This document shows positions 1 to 14,400 of a stretch of 64,000 nt of DNA, piece by piece. The DNA comes from the human T2T-CHM13v2.0 reference genome, Homo sapiens. Below the pieces are notes generated by a model. It was given only the letters and a program-made list of their open reading frames with translations. It was not told the origin of the DNA and ran no database searches. Made by a program: the position numbers and the translations under genes. Within the stretch, counting starts at the first letter, position 1, and each line of letters opens with the position of its first letter. Where the stretch lies: the NCBI RefSeq assembly GCF_009914755.1, contig NC_060937.1; one strand, written 5' to 3'.

Positions 1-2104
1 CAAAGTACCCAGAATATATAGCATACTGTACATAAAATATCAAAGTACCCAAAATGTATATTGTATACTGTACATAAACTATGAAGGTACATCAAAGATA
101 TATTATATTCTGTACATAAAATATCAAAGTACACCAAATATATATTATATGCTGTACATAATATATTAAAGTTGCCCATATATACATTATATACTGTACA
201 TAAAATATGAACGTACATCAAATATATAGTATATGCTGCACATAAAATATCAAAGTACCCAAAGTATGTATTATACACTGTACATAAAATATCAAAGTAC
301 CAAAAGTATATATTACATACTGTAAATAAAATATGAAGGTACCTCAAATATATATTATATTCTGTACATAAAATATCAAAGTACACCAAGTATATACTAT
401 ATACTCTGCATAAAATATTAAATTACCCAAAATATGTATTGCATTGTGTACATAAAATATGAAAGTAACCAAACATTTATAATAAACTGTACATAAAATA
501 TCAAAGTACTCAAACTGTATATTATATACTGTACATAAAGTATCAAAGTACCCAAACTGTGTAGTATATACTGTACATAAAATATCAAGGTACCCAAAAT
601 ATATATTGTAAACTGTAGATAAAATATCAAAGTACCCAAAATATATATTATATACTGTACATAAAATATGAAGGCACATCCAATATATATTATATTCTGT
701 ACATAATATATCAAAGTACACCAAATGTATATTATATACTGTACATAAAATATCAAAGTACCCAAAGTGTATATTATATACTGTACATAAACTATGAAAG
801 TTCATCAAATATATTTTATATTCTGCACATAATATATCAAAGTACAGCAAATATATATTATATACTGTACATAAAATATCAAAGTACCCAAAATATGTAT
901 TATATACTGTACATAAAATATGAAAGTAACCAAACATTTATAATAAACTGTACATAAAATATCAAAGTACTCAAACTGTATATTATATACTCTACATAAA
1001 GTATCAAAGTACCCAAACTGTGTAGTATATACTGTACATAAAATATCAAGGTACCCAAAATATATATTGTAAACTGTAGATAAAATATCAAAGTACCCAA
1101 AATATATATTATATACTGTACATGAAATATGAAGGCCCCTCCAATATATATTATACTCTGTACATAAAATATCAAAGTACACCAAATGTATATTATATAC
1201 TGTACATAAAATATCAAAGTACCCAAAGTGTATATTATATACTGTACATAAACTATGAAGGTTCATCAAATATATTTTATATTCTGCACATAATATATCA
1301 AAGTACAGCAAATATATATTATATACTGTACATAAAATATCAAAGTACCCAAATTATGTATTATATACTGTACATAAAATATGAAAGTAAGCAAACATTT
1401 ATAATAAACTGTACATAAAGTATCAAAGTACTCAAACTACATATTATATACAGTATATAAAATATCAAAGTACCCAAACTGTATATTATATAATGTACAT
1501 AATATATCAAAGTACCCGAATATATAGCATACTCTACATAAAATATCAAAGTACCCAAAGTTTGTATTATACACTGCACATAAAATATGGAGGTACATCA
1601 AAGATATATTATATTCTGTACATAAAATATCAAAGTACACCAAATATATGTTATATGCTGTACATAATATATTAAAGTCGACCAAATATATATTATATAC
1701 TGTACATAAAATATGAAGGTACATCAAATATATATTATATGCTGCACATAAAATATCAAAGTACCCAAAGTATGTGTTATATACTGTACATAAAATATCA
1801 AAGTACCCAAAGTATATATTATATACTGTACATAAAATATAAAATACCCCAAATATATATTATATGCTCTACATAAAATATCAAAGTACACAAAATATGT
1901 ATTATATACTGTACATAAAATACCAAAGGACCCAAAATATATATTATATACTGTACATAAAATATCAAAATACCCAAAATATATATTATATACTGTACAT
2001 AAAATACCAAAGTACCCAAAGTATATATTATATACCGTACAAAAAATATCAAAGTAGCCAAAATATGTATTATACACTGTACATAATATATGAAAGTACC
2101 CAAA

Positions 2105-5100
2105 CATTTATAATAAACTGTACATAAAATATCAATGTACTCAAACTATATATTATGTGCGGTACATAAGATATCAAAGTACCCATACTATATAGTATAT
2201 ACTGTACTTAAAATATCAAAATACCCAAAATATATATTATATACGTTACATAAACTATCACATACACAAAGTATGTATTATATACTGTACATAAAATAGC
2301 AAAGTTCCCAAAATATGTATTATATACTGTACATAAAATATGAAAGTAACCAACCATTTATAATAAACTCTACATAAAATACCAAAGTACCCAAACTGTG
2401 TATTATATACTCTCCATAAAATATCAAAGTACCCAAAATATATATTGTAAACTGTACATAAAATATCAAAGTAGCCAAAATATATATTGTATACTGTCCA
2501 TAAAATATAAAAGTACCCCAAATATGTATTATATACTGTACATAAAATATCAAAGTACCGATAATACATATTATATACTGTACATAAAATATCAAAGGAC
2601 CCAAAATAAACATTATATACTGTACATAAAATATCCAAATACTCAAAATATATATTACATACTGTACATAAAATATCAAAGTACCCAAATTATGTATTAT
2701 ATACTGTACGTAAAATATCAGAGTACCCAAAATATGCATTATATACTGTACATAAAATATGAAAGTAACAAAACATTTATAATAAACTGTACATAAAATA
2801 TCAAAGTACTCAAACTATATATCATATACTGTACATAAAATATCAAAGTACCCAAACTGTGTATTATTATATACTGTATATAAAATATCAAAGTACCTGA
2901 AATATATATTGTATACTGTACATAAAATATCAAAGTACCCAAAATATATACTATATACTGTACATAAAATATGAAGGTACATCAAATATATATTATATCC
3001 TGTACATAAAATATCAAAGTACACCTATTATATATTGTGTACTGTACATAATATATTAAATCGCCCAAATATATATTGTATACTGTATATAAAATATGAA
3101 GGTACTTCAAATATATATTATATGCTGCACATAAAATATCAAAGTACCCAAGGTATGCATTACATACTGTACATAAAATATCAAAGTACACATATTATAT
3201 ATTATATAATATACATAAAATATGAAGGTTCATCAAATATATATTATATTCTGTACATAATATATCAAAGTACATCAAATATATATTATATACTGTACAT
3301 AAAATATCAAAGTACCAAAAATATGTATTATATACTGTACATAAAATATGAAAGTAACCAAACATTTATAATAAACTGTACATAAAATATCAAAGTACTC
3401 AGTCTACATATTATATACAGTATATAAAATATCAAAGTACACACACTGTATATTATATACTGTACATAATATATCAAAATACCCAGAATATATAGCATAC
3501 TGTACATAAAATATCAAAGTACCCAAAATATATATTGTATACTGTACATAAAATATGAAGGTACATCAAAGATATATTATATTCTGTACATAAAATATCA
3601 AACTACACCAAATATATATTATATGCTGTACATAATATATTAAAGTTGCCCATATATACATTATATACTGTACATAAAATATGAACGTACATCAAATATA
3701 TAGTATATGCTGCACATAAAATATCAAAGTACCCAAAGTATGTATTATACACTGTACATAAAATATCAAAGTACCAAAAGTATATATTACATACTGTAAA
3801 TAAAATATGAAGGTACCTCAAATATATATTATATTCTGTACATAAAACATCAAAGTACACCAAGTATATACTATATACTCTGCATAAAATATTAAATTAC
3901 CCAAAATATGTATTGCATTGTGTACATAAAATATGAAAGTAACCAAACATTTATAATAAACTGTACATAAAATTTCAAAGTACTCAAACTGTATATTATA
4001 TACTGTACATAAAGTATCAAAGTACCCAAACTGTGTAGTATATACTGTACATAAAATATCAAGGTACCCAAAATATATATTGTAAACTGTAGATAAAATA
4101 TCAAAGTACCCAAAATATATATTATATACTGTACATAAAATATGAAGGCACATCCAATATATACTATATTCTGTACATAAAATATCAAAGTACACCAAAT
4201 GTATATTATATACTGTACAAAAAATATCAAAGTACCCAAAGTGTATATTATATACTGTACATAAAATATGAAGGTTCATCAAATATATTTTATATTCTGC
4301 ACATAATATATCAAAGTACAGCAAATATATATTATATACTGTACATAAAATATCAAAGTACCCAAAATATGTATTATATACTGTACATAAAATATGAAAG
4401 TAACCAAACATTTATAATAAACTGTACATAAAGTATCAAAGTACTCAAACTACATATTATATACAGTATATAAAATGTCAAAGTACCCAAACTGTATATT
4501 ATATACTGTACATAATATATCAAAGTACCCGAATATATAGCATACTGTACATAAAATATCAAGGTACCCAAAGTGTGTATTATACACTGCACATAAAATA
4601 TGAAGGTACATAAAATATATATTGTATTCTGTACATAAAATATCAAAGTACTCCAAATATATATTATATGCTGTACATAATATATTATAGTCGCCCAAAT
4701 ATATATTATATACTGTACATAAAATATGAAGGTACATCAAATATATATTATATGCTGCACATAAAATATCAAAGTACCCAAAGTATGTGTTATATACTGT
4801 ACATAAAATATCAAAGTACCCAATGTATATATTATATACTGTACATAAAATATAAAATACCCCAAATATATATTATATGCTATACATAAAATATCAAAGT
4901 ACACAAAATATGTATTATATACTGTACATAAAATACCAAAGGACCCAAAATATATATTATATACTGTACATAAAATATCAAAATACCCAAAATATATATT
5001 ATATACTGTACATAAAATACCAAAGTACCCAAAGTATATATTATATACCGTACAAAAAATATCAAAGTAGCCAAAATATGTATTATACACTGTACATAAT

Positions 5101-5117
5101 ATATGAAAGTACCCAAA
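2105..5117 (+). repeat. Higher-order unit type A, 3013 bp (72 monomers)
   Basis: The landmark gtacccaaaCATTTATAATAAA...aatgtactc...tgcggtac recurs at 2105 and 5118. Internal catttataataaa landmarks at 2105, 2355, 2774, 3363, 3948, 4409 and 5118 give blocks of 6+10+14+14+11+17 monomers. Confidence 0.88.
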
Positions 5118-8100
5118 CATTTATAATAAACTGTACATAAAATATCAATGTACTCAAACTATATATTATCTGCGGTACATAAGATATCAAAGTACCCATA
5201 CTATATAGTATATACTGTACTTAAAATATCAAAATACCCAAAATATATATTATATACGTTACATAAACTATCAAATACACAAAGTATGTATTATATACTG
5301 TACATAAAATAGAAAAGTTCCCAAAATATGTATTATATATATTATAAATATGTACATAAAATATGAAAGTACCCAACCATTTATAATAAACTCTACATAA
5401 AACACCAAAGTACCCAAACTGTGTATTATATACTGTCCATAAAATATCAAAGTACCCAAAATATATATTGTAAACTGTACATAAAATATCAAAGTAGCCA
5501 AAATACATATTGTATACTGTACATAAAATATAAAAGTACCCCAAATATATATTATATACTGTACATAAAATATCAAAGTACCCATAATACATATTATATA
5601 CTGTACATAAAATATCAAAGGACCCAAAATAAACATTATATACTGTACATAAAATATCCAAATACTCAAAATATATATTACATACTGTACATAAAATATC
5701 AAAGTACCCAAATTATGTACTATATACTGTACGTAAAATATCAGAGTACCCAAAATATGCGTTATATACTGTACATAAAATATGAAAGTAACAAAACATT
5801 TATAATAAACTGTACATAAAATATCAAAGTACTCAAACTATATATCATATACTGTACATAAAATATCAAAGTACCCAAACTGTGTATTATTATATACTGT
5901 ATATAAAATATCAAAGTACCTGAAATATATATTGTATACTGTACATAAAATATCAAAGTACACAAAATATATACTATATACTGTACATAAAATATGAAGG
6001 TACATCAAATATATATTATATCCTGTACATAAAATAACAAAGTACACCTATTATATATTGTGTACTGTACATAATATATTAAATCGCCCAAATATATATT
6101 GTATACTGTATATAAAATATGAAGGTACTTCAAATATATATTATATGCTGCACATAAAATATCAAAGTACCCAAGGTATGCATTACATACTGTACATAAA
6201 ATATCAAAGTACACAAATTATATATTATATACTGTACATAAAATCTGTAGGTTCATCAAATATATTTTATATTCTGTACATAATATATCAAAGTACATCA
6301 AATATATATTATATACGGTACATAAAATATCAAATTACCCAAAATATATATTATTTACTGTACATAAAATATGAAAGTAACCAAACATTTATAATAAACT
6401 GTACATAAATTATCAAAGTACTCAATCTACATATTATATACAGTATATAAAATATCAAAGTACACAAACTGTATATTATATACTGTACATAATATGTCAA
6501 AGTACCCAGAATATATAGCATACTGTACATACAATATCAAAGTACCCAAAATATATATTGTATACTGTACATAAAATATGAAGGTACATCAAAGATATAT
6601 TATATTCTGTACATAAAATATCAAAGTACACCAAATATATATTATATGCTGTACATAATATATTAAAGTTGCCCATGTATACATTTTATACTGTACATAA
6701 AATATGAAGGTACATCAAATATATAGTATATGCTGCACATAAAATATCAAAGTACCCAAAGTATGTATTATATACTGTACATAAAATATCAAAGTACCAA
6801 AAGTATATATTACCTACTGTAAATAAAATGTGAAGATACCTCAAATATATATTATATTCTGTACATGAAATATCAAAGTACACCAAGTATATACTATATA
6901 GTCTACATAAAATATTAAATTACCCAAAATATGTATTGTATTGTGTACATAAAATATGAAAATAACCAAACATTTATAATAAACTGTACATAAAATATCA
7001 AAGTACTCAAACTTTATATTATATACTGTACATAAAGTATCAAAGTACCCAAACTGTGTAGTATATACTGTACATAAAATATCAAGGTACCCAAAATGTA
7101 TATTGTAAACTGTAGATAAAATATCAAAGTACCCAAAATATATATTATATACTGTACATAAAATATGAAGGCACATCCAATATATATTATATTCTGTACA
7201 TAAAATATCAAAGTACACCAAATGTATATTATATACTGTACATAAAATATAAAACTACCCCAAATATATATTATATACTCTACATAAAATATCAAAGTAC
7301 CCAAAATATATATTATATACTGTACATAATATATCAAAGTACCCATAGTATGTATTATATCCTGTACATAAAATATGAAAGTACGTCAAATATATATTCT
7401 ATTCTGCACATAAAATATCATATTGCACCAAATATATATTGTATACTGTATATAAAATATGAAGGTACTTCAAATATATATTATATGCTGCACATAAAAT
7501 ATCAAAGTACCCAAAGTATGCATTATATACTGTACATAAAATATCAAAGTACCCAAAGTGTATATTATATACTGTACATAAAATATGAAGGTTCATCAAA
7601 TATATTTTATATTCTGCACATAATATATCAAAGTACAGCAAATATATATTATATACTGTACATAAAATAACAAAGTAACAAAAATATGTATTATATACTG
7701 TACATAAAATATGAAAGTAACCAAATATTTATAATAAACTGTATATAAAATATCAAAGTACTCAAACTACATATTATATACAGTATATAAAATATCAAAG
7801 TACCCAAACTATATATTATATACTGTACATACTATATCAAAGTACCCGAATATAGAGCATACTGTACATAAAATATCAAATTACCCAAAATATATATTGT
7901 ATACTGTACATAAAATATGAAGGTACATCAAAGATATATTATATTCTGTACATAAAATATCAAAGTACACCAAATATATATTATATGCTGTACAGAATAT
8001 ATTAAAGTCGACCAAATGTATATTATATAGTGTACATAAAATATGAAGGTACATCAAATATATATTATATGCTGCACATAAAATATCAAAGTACCCAAAG

Positions 8101-8434
8101 TATGTATTATATACTGTACATAAAATATCAAAGTACCCAAAGTATATATTATATACTGTACATAAAATATAAAATACCCCAAATATATATTATATGCTGT
8201 ACATAAAATATCAAAGTACACAAAATATGCATTATGTACTGTACATAAATTATCAAAGGACCCAAAATATATATTATATAGTGTACATAAAATATCAAAA
8301 TACCCAAAATATATATTATATACTGTACATAAAATACCAAAGTACCCAAAGTATATATTATATACTGTATAAAAAATATCAAAGTAGCCAAAATATGTAT
8401 TATACACTGTACATAATATATGAAAGTACCCAAA
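5118..8434 (+). repeat. Higher-order unit type B, 3317 bp (79 monomers plus 10-bp insertion)
   Basis: Landmarks at 5118 and 8435. Contains the B-specific 294-bp block (7251-7544) and the 10-bp insertion near 5340. Confidence 0.88.
7251..7544 (+). repeat. B-unit-specific 7-monomer (294 bp) block
   Basis: aaaactacccc...cccatagtatg...atcatattgcacc...tatgcattatat lies between monomers that are adjacent in A units. Landmark spacing is 755 bp here versus 461 bp in A. Recurs near 13580, 17932, 24262, 30582, 35185, 41503, 44817, 52387, 58174 and 63195. Confidence 0.85.
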
Positions 8435-11400
8435 CATTTATAATAAACTGTACATAAAATATCAATGTACTCAAATTATATATTATGTGCGGTACTTAAG
8501 ATATCAAAGTACCCATACTATATAGTATGTACTGTACTTAAAATATCAAAATACCCAAAATATATATTATATACGTTACATAAACTATCAAATACACAAA
8601 GTATGTATTACATACTGTACATAAAATAGCAAAGTTCCCAAAATATGTATTATATACTGTACATAAAATATGAAAGTAACCAACCATTTATAATAAACTC
8701 TACATAAAATACCAAAGTACCCAAACTGTGTATTATATACTCTCCATAAAATATCAAAGTACCCAAAATATATATTGTCAACTGTACATAAAATATCAAA
8801 GTAGCCAAAATATATATAGTATACCGTACATAAAATATAAAAGTACCCCAAATATGTATTATATACTGTACATAAAATATCAAAGTACCGATAATACATA
8901 TTATATAGTGTACATAAAATATCAGAGGACCCAAAATAAACATTATATACTGTACATAAAATATCCAAATACTCAAAATATATATTACATACTGTACATA
9001 AAATATCAAAGTACCCAAATTATGTATTATATACTGTACATAAAATATCAGAGTACCCAAAATATGCATTATATACTGTACATAAAATATGAAAGTAACA
9101 AAACATTTATAATAAACTGTACATAAAATATCAAAGTACTCAAACTATATATCATATACTGTACATAAAATATCAAAGTACCCAAACTGTGTATTATTTT
9201 ATACTGTATATAAAATATCAAAGTACCTGAAATATATACTGTATACTGTACATAAAATATCAAAGTACCCAAAATATATACTATATACTGTACATAAAAT
9301 ATGAAGGTACATCAAATATATATTATATCCTGTACATAAAATATCAAAGTACACCTATTATATATTGTGTACTGTACATAATATATTAAATCGCCCAAAT
9401 ATATATTGTATACTGTATATAAAATATGAAGGTACTTCAAATATATATTATATGCTGCACATAAAATATCAAAGTACCCAAAGTATGCATTACATACTGT
9501 ACATAAAATATCAAAGTACACATATTATCTATTATATAATGTACATAAAATATGAAGGTTCATCAAATATATATTATATTCTGTACATAATATATCAAAG
9601 TACATCAAATATATATTATATACTGTACATAAAATATCAAAGTACCAAAAATATGTATTATATACTGTACATAAAACATGAAAGTAACCAAACATTTATA
9701 ATAAACTGTACTTAAAATATCAAAGTACTCAATCTACATATTATATACAGTATATAAAATATCAAAGTACACAAACTGTATATTATATACTGTACATAAT
9801 ATATCAAAGTACCCAGAATATATAGCATACTGTACTTAAAATATCAAAGTACCCAAAATATATATTGTATACTGTACATAAAATATGAAGGTACATCAAA
9901 GATATATTATATTCTGTACATAAAATATCAAAGTACACCAAATATATATTATATGCTGTACATAATATATTAAAGTTGCCCATATATACATTATATACTG
10001 TACATAAAATATGAACGTACATCAAATATATAGTATATGCTGCACATAAAATATCAAAGTACCCAAAGTATGTATTATACACTGTACATAAAATATCAAA
10101 GTACCAAAAGTATATATTACATACTGTAAATAAAATATGAAGGTACCTCAAATATATATTATATTCTGTACATAAAATATCAAAGTACACCAAGTATATA
10201 CTATATACTCTGCATAAAATATTAAATTACCCAAAATATGTATTGCATTGTGTACATAAAATATGAAAGTAACCAAACATTTATAATAAACTGTACTAAA
10301 ATATCAAAGTACTCAAACTGTATATTATATACTGTACATAAAGTATCAAAGTACCCAAACTGTGTAGTATATACTGTACATAAAATATCAAGGTACCCAA
10401 AATATATATTGTAAACTGTAGATAAAATATCAAAGTACCCAAAATATATATTATATACTGTACATAAAATATGAATGCACATCCAATATATATTATATTC
10501 TGTACATAAAATATCAAAGTACACCAAATGTATATTATATACTGTACATAAAATATCAAAGTACCCAAAGTGTATATTATATACTGTACATAAAATATGA
10601 AGATTCATCAAATATATTTTATATTCTGCACATAATATATCAAAGTACAGCAAATATATATTATATACTGTACATAAAATATCAAAGTACCCAAAATATG
10701 TATTATATACTGTACATAAAATATGAAAGTAACCAAACATTTATAATAAACTGTACATAAAGTATCAAAGTACTCAAACTACATATTATATACAGTATAT
10801 AAAATGTCAAAGTACCCAAACTGTATATTATATACTGTACATAATATATCAAAGTACCTGAATATATAGCATACTGTACATAAAATATCAAAGTACCCAA
10901 AGTGTGTATTATACACTGCACATAAAATATGAAGGTACATAAAATATATATTGTATTCTGTACATAAAATATCAAAGTACTCCAAATATATATTATACGC
11001 TGTACATAATATATTAAAGTCGCCCAAATATATATTATATACTGTACATAAAATATGAAGGTACATCAAATATATATTATATGCTGCACATAAAATATCA
11101 AAGTACCCAAAGTATGTGTTATATACTGTACATAAAATATCAAAGTACCCAAAGTATATATTATATACTGTACATAAAATATAAAATACCCCAAATATAT
11201 ATTATATGCTGTACATAAAATATCAAAGTACACAAAATATGTATTATATACTGTACATAAAATACCAAAGGACCCAAAATATATATTATATACTGTACAT
11301 AAAATATCAAAATACCCAAGATATATATTATATACTGTACATAAAATACCAAAGTACCCAAAGTATATATTATATACCGTACAAAAAATGTCAAAGTAGC

Positions 11401-11446
11401 CAAAATATGTATTATACACTGTACATAATATATGAAAGTACCCAAA
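8435..11446 (+). repeat. Higher-order unit type A, 3012 bp (1-bp deletion near 10297)
   Basis: Landmarks at 8435 and 11447. Reads ctgtactaaaa instead of ctgtacataaaa. No 294-bp block. Confidence 0.85.
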
Positions 11447-14400
11447 CATTTATAATAAACTGTACATAAAATATCAATGTACTCAAACTATATATTATGT
11501 GCGGTACATAAGATATCAAATTACCCATAGTATATAGTATATACTGTACTTAAAATATCAAAATACCCAAAATATATATTATATACGTTACATAAACTAT
11601 CAAATACACAAAGTATGTATTATATACTGTACATAAAATAGCAAAGTTCCCAAAATATGTATTATATATATTATAAATATGTACATAAAATATGAAAGTA
11701 CCCAACCATTTATAATAAATTCTACATAAAACACCAAAGTACCCAAACTGTGTATTATATACTGTCCATAAAATATCAAAGGACCCAAAATATATATTGT
11801 AAACTCTACATAAAATATCAAAGTAGCCAAAATACATATTGTATACTGTACATAAATTATAAAAGTACCCCAAATATATATTATATACTGTACATAAAAT
11901 ATCAAAGTACCCATAATACATATTATATACTGTACATAAAATATCAAAGGACCCAAAATAAACATTATATACTGTACATAAAATATCCAAATACTCAAAA
12001 TATATATTACATACTGTACATAAAATATCAAAGTACCCAAATTATGTATTATATACTGTACGTAAAATATCAGAGAACCCAAAATATGCATTATATACTG
12101 TACATAAAATATGAAAGTAACAAAACATTTATAATAAACTGTACATAAAATATCAAAGTACTCAAACTATATATCATATACTGTACATAAAATATCAAAG
12201 TACCCAAACTGTGTATTATTATATACTGTATATAAAATATCAAAGTACCTGAAATATATATTGTATACTGTACATAAAATATCAAAGTACACAAAATATA
12301 TACTATATACTGTACATAAAATATGAAGGTACATCAAATATATATTATATCCTGTACATAAAATATCAAAGTACACCTATTATATATTGTTTACTGTACA
12401 TAATATATTAAATCGCCCAAATATATATTGTATACTGTATATAAAATATGAAGGTACTTCAAATATATATTATATGCTGCACATAAAATATCAAAGTACC
12501 CAAGGTATGCATTACATACTGTACATAAAATATCAAAGTACACAAATTATATATTATATACTGTACATAAAATATGTAGGTTCATCAAATATATTTTATA
12601 TTCTGTACATAATATATCAAAGTACATCAAATATATATTATATACGGTACATAAAATATCAAATTACCAAAAATATGCATTATTTACTGTACATAAAATA
12701 TGAAAGTAACCAAACATTTATAATAAACTGTACATAAATTATCAAAGTACTCAATCTACATATTATATACAGTATATAAAATATCAAAGTACACAAACTG
12801 TATATTATATACTGTACATAATATGAAAAAGTACCCAGAATATATAGCATACTGTACATACAATATCAAAGTACCCAGAATGTATATTGTATACTGTACA
12901 TAAAATATGAAGGTACATCAAAGATATATTATATTCTGTACATAAAATATCAAAGTACACCAAATATATATTATATGCTGTACATAATATATTAAAGTTG
13001 CCCATGTATACATTTTATACTGTACATAAAATATGAAGGTACATCAAATATATAGTATATGCTGCACATAAAATATCAAAGTACCCAAAGTATGTATTAT
13101 ATACTGTACATAAAATATCAAAGTACCAAAAGTATATATTACCTACTGTAAATAAAATATGAAGATACCTCAAATATATATTATATTCTGTACATGAAAT
13201 ATCAAAGTACACCAAGTATATACTATATACTCTACATAAAATATTAAATTACCCAAAATATGTATTGTATTGTGTACATAAAATATGAAAGTAACCAAAC
13301 ATTTATAATAAACTGTACATAAAATATCAAAGTACTCAAACTGTATATTATATACTGTACATAAAGTATCAAAGTACCCAAACTGTGTAGTATATACTGT
13401 ACATAAAATATCAAGGTACCCAAAATGTATATTGTAAACTGTAGATAAAATATCAAAGTACCCAAAATATATATTATATACTGTACATAAAATATGAAGG
13501 CACATCCAATATATATTATATTCTGTACATAAAATATCAAAGTACACCAAATGTATATTATATACTGTACATAAAATATAAAACTACCCCAAATATATCT
13601 TATATACTCTACATAAAATATCAAAGTACCCAAAATATATATTATATACTGTACATAATATATCAAAGTACCCATAGTATGTATTATATCCTGTACATAA
13701 AATATGAAAGTACGTCAAATATATATTCTATTCTGCACATAAAATATCATATTGCACCAAATATATATTGTATACTGTATATAAAATATGAAGGTACTTC
13801 AAATATATATTATATGCTGCACATAAAATATCAAAGTACCCAAAGTATGCATTATATACTGTACATAAAATATCAAAGTACCCAAAATGTATATTATATA
13901 CTGTACATAAAATATGAAGGTTCATCAAATATATTTTATATTCTGCACATAATATATGAAAGTACAGCAAATATATATTATATACTGTACATAAAATAAC
14001 AAAGTACCAAAAATATGTATTATATACTGTACATAAAATATGAAAGTAACCAAATATTTATAATAAACTGTATATAAAATATCAAAGTACTCAAACAACA
14101 TATTATATACAGTATATAAAATATCAAAGTACCCAAACTGTATATTATATACTGTACATACTATATCAAAGTACCCGAATATATAGCATACTGTACATAA
14201 AATATCAAAGTACCCAAAATATATATTGTATACTGTACATAAAATGTGAAGGTACATTAAAGATATATTATATTCTGTACATAAAATATCAAATTACACC
14301 AAATATATATTATATGCTGTACATAATATATTAAAGTCAACCAAATATATATTATATACTGTACATAAAATATGAAGATACATCAAATATATATTATATG

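Noticed and set aside
1444-1460. Short inverted repeats such as TTATATAC-A-GTATATAA and the TGTACA/GTAC palindromes as hairpins or terminators
   Set aside because: The arms are 8 bp or shorter and almost entirely A/T, expected by chance from TA-rich monomers and too unstable to call functional.
1454-1463. TATA-box-like TATATAAAA motifs in variant monomers
   Set aside because: These are unavoidable at ~80% AT, and there is no other promoter context or CpG island in the sequence.
10290-10302. Isolated 1-5 bp deletions (near 10297, 32226, 36187, 37155, 44165, 51740)
   Set aside because: Each is private to one copy and cannot be told apart from slippage or sequencing error. I used them only to balance unit lengths.
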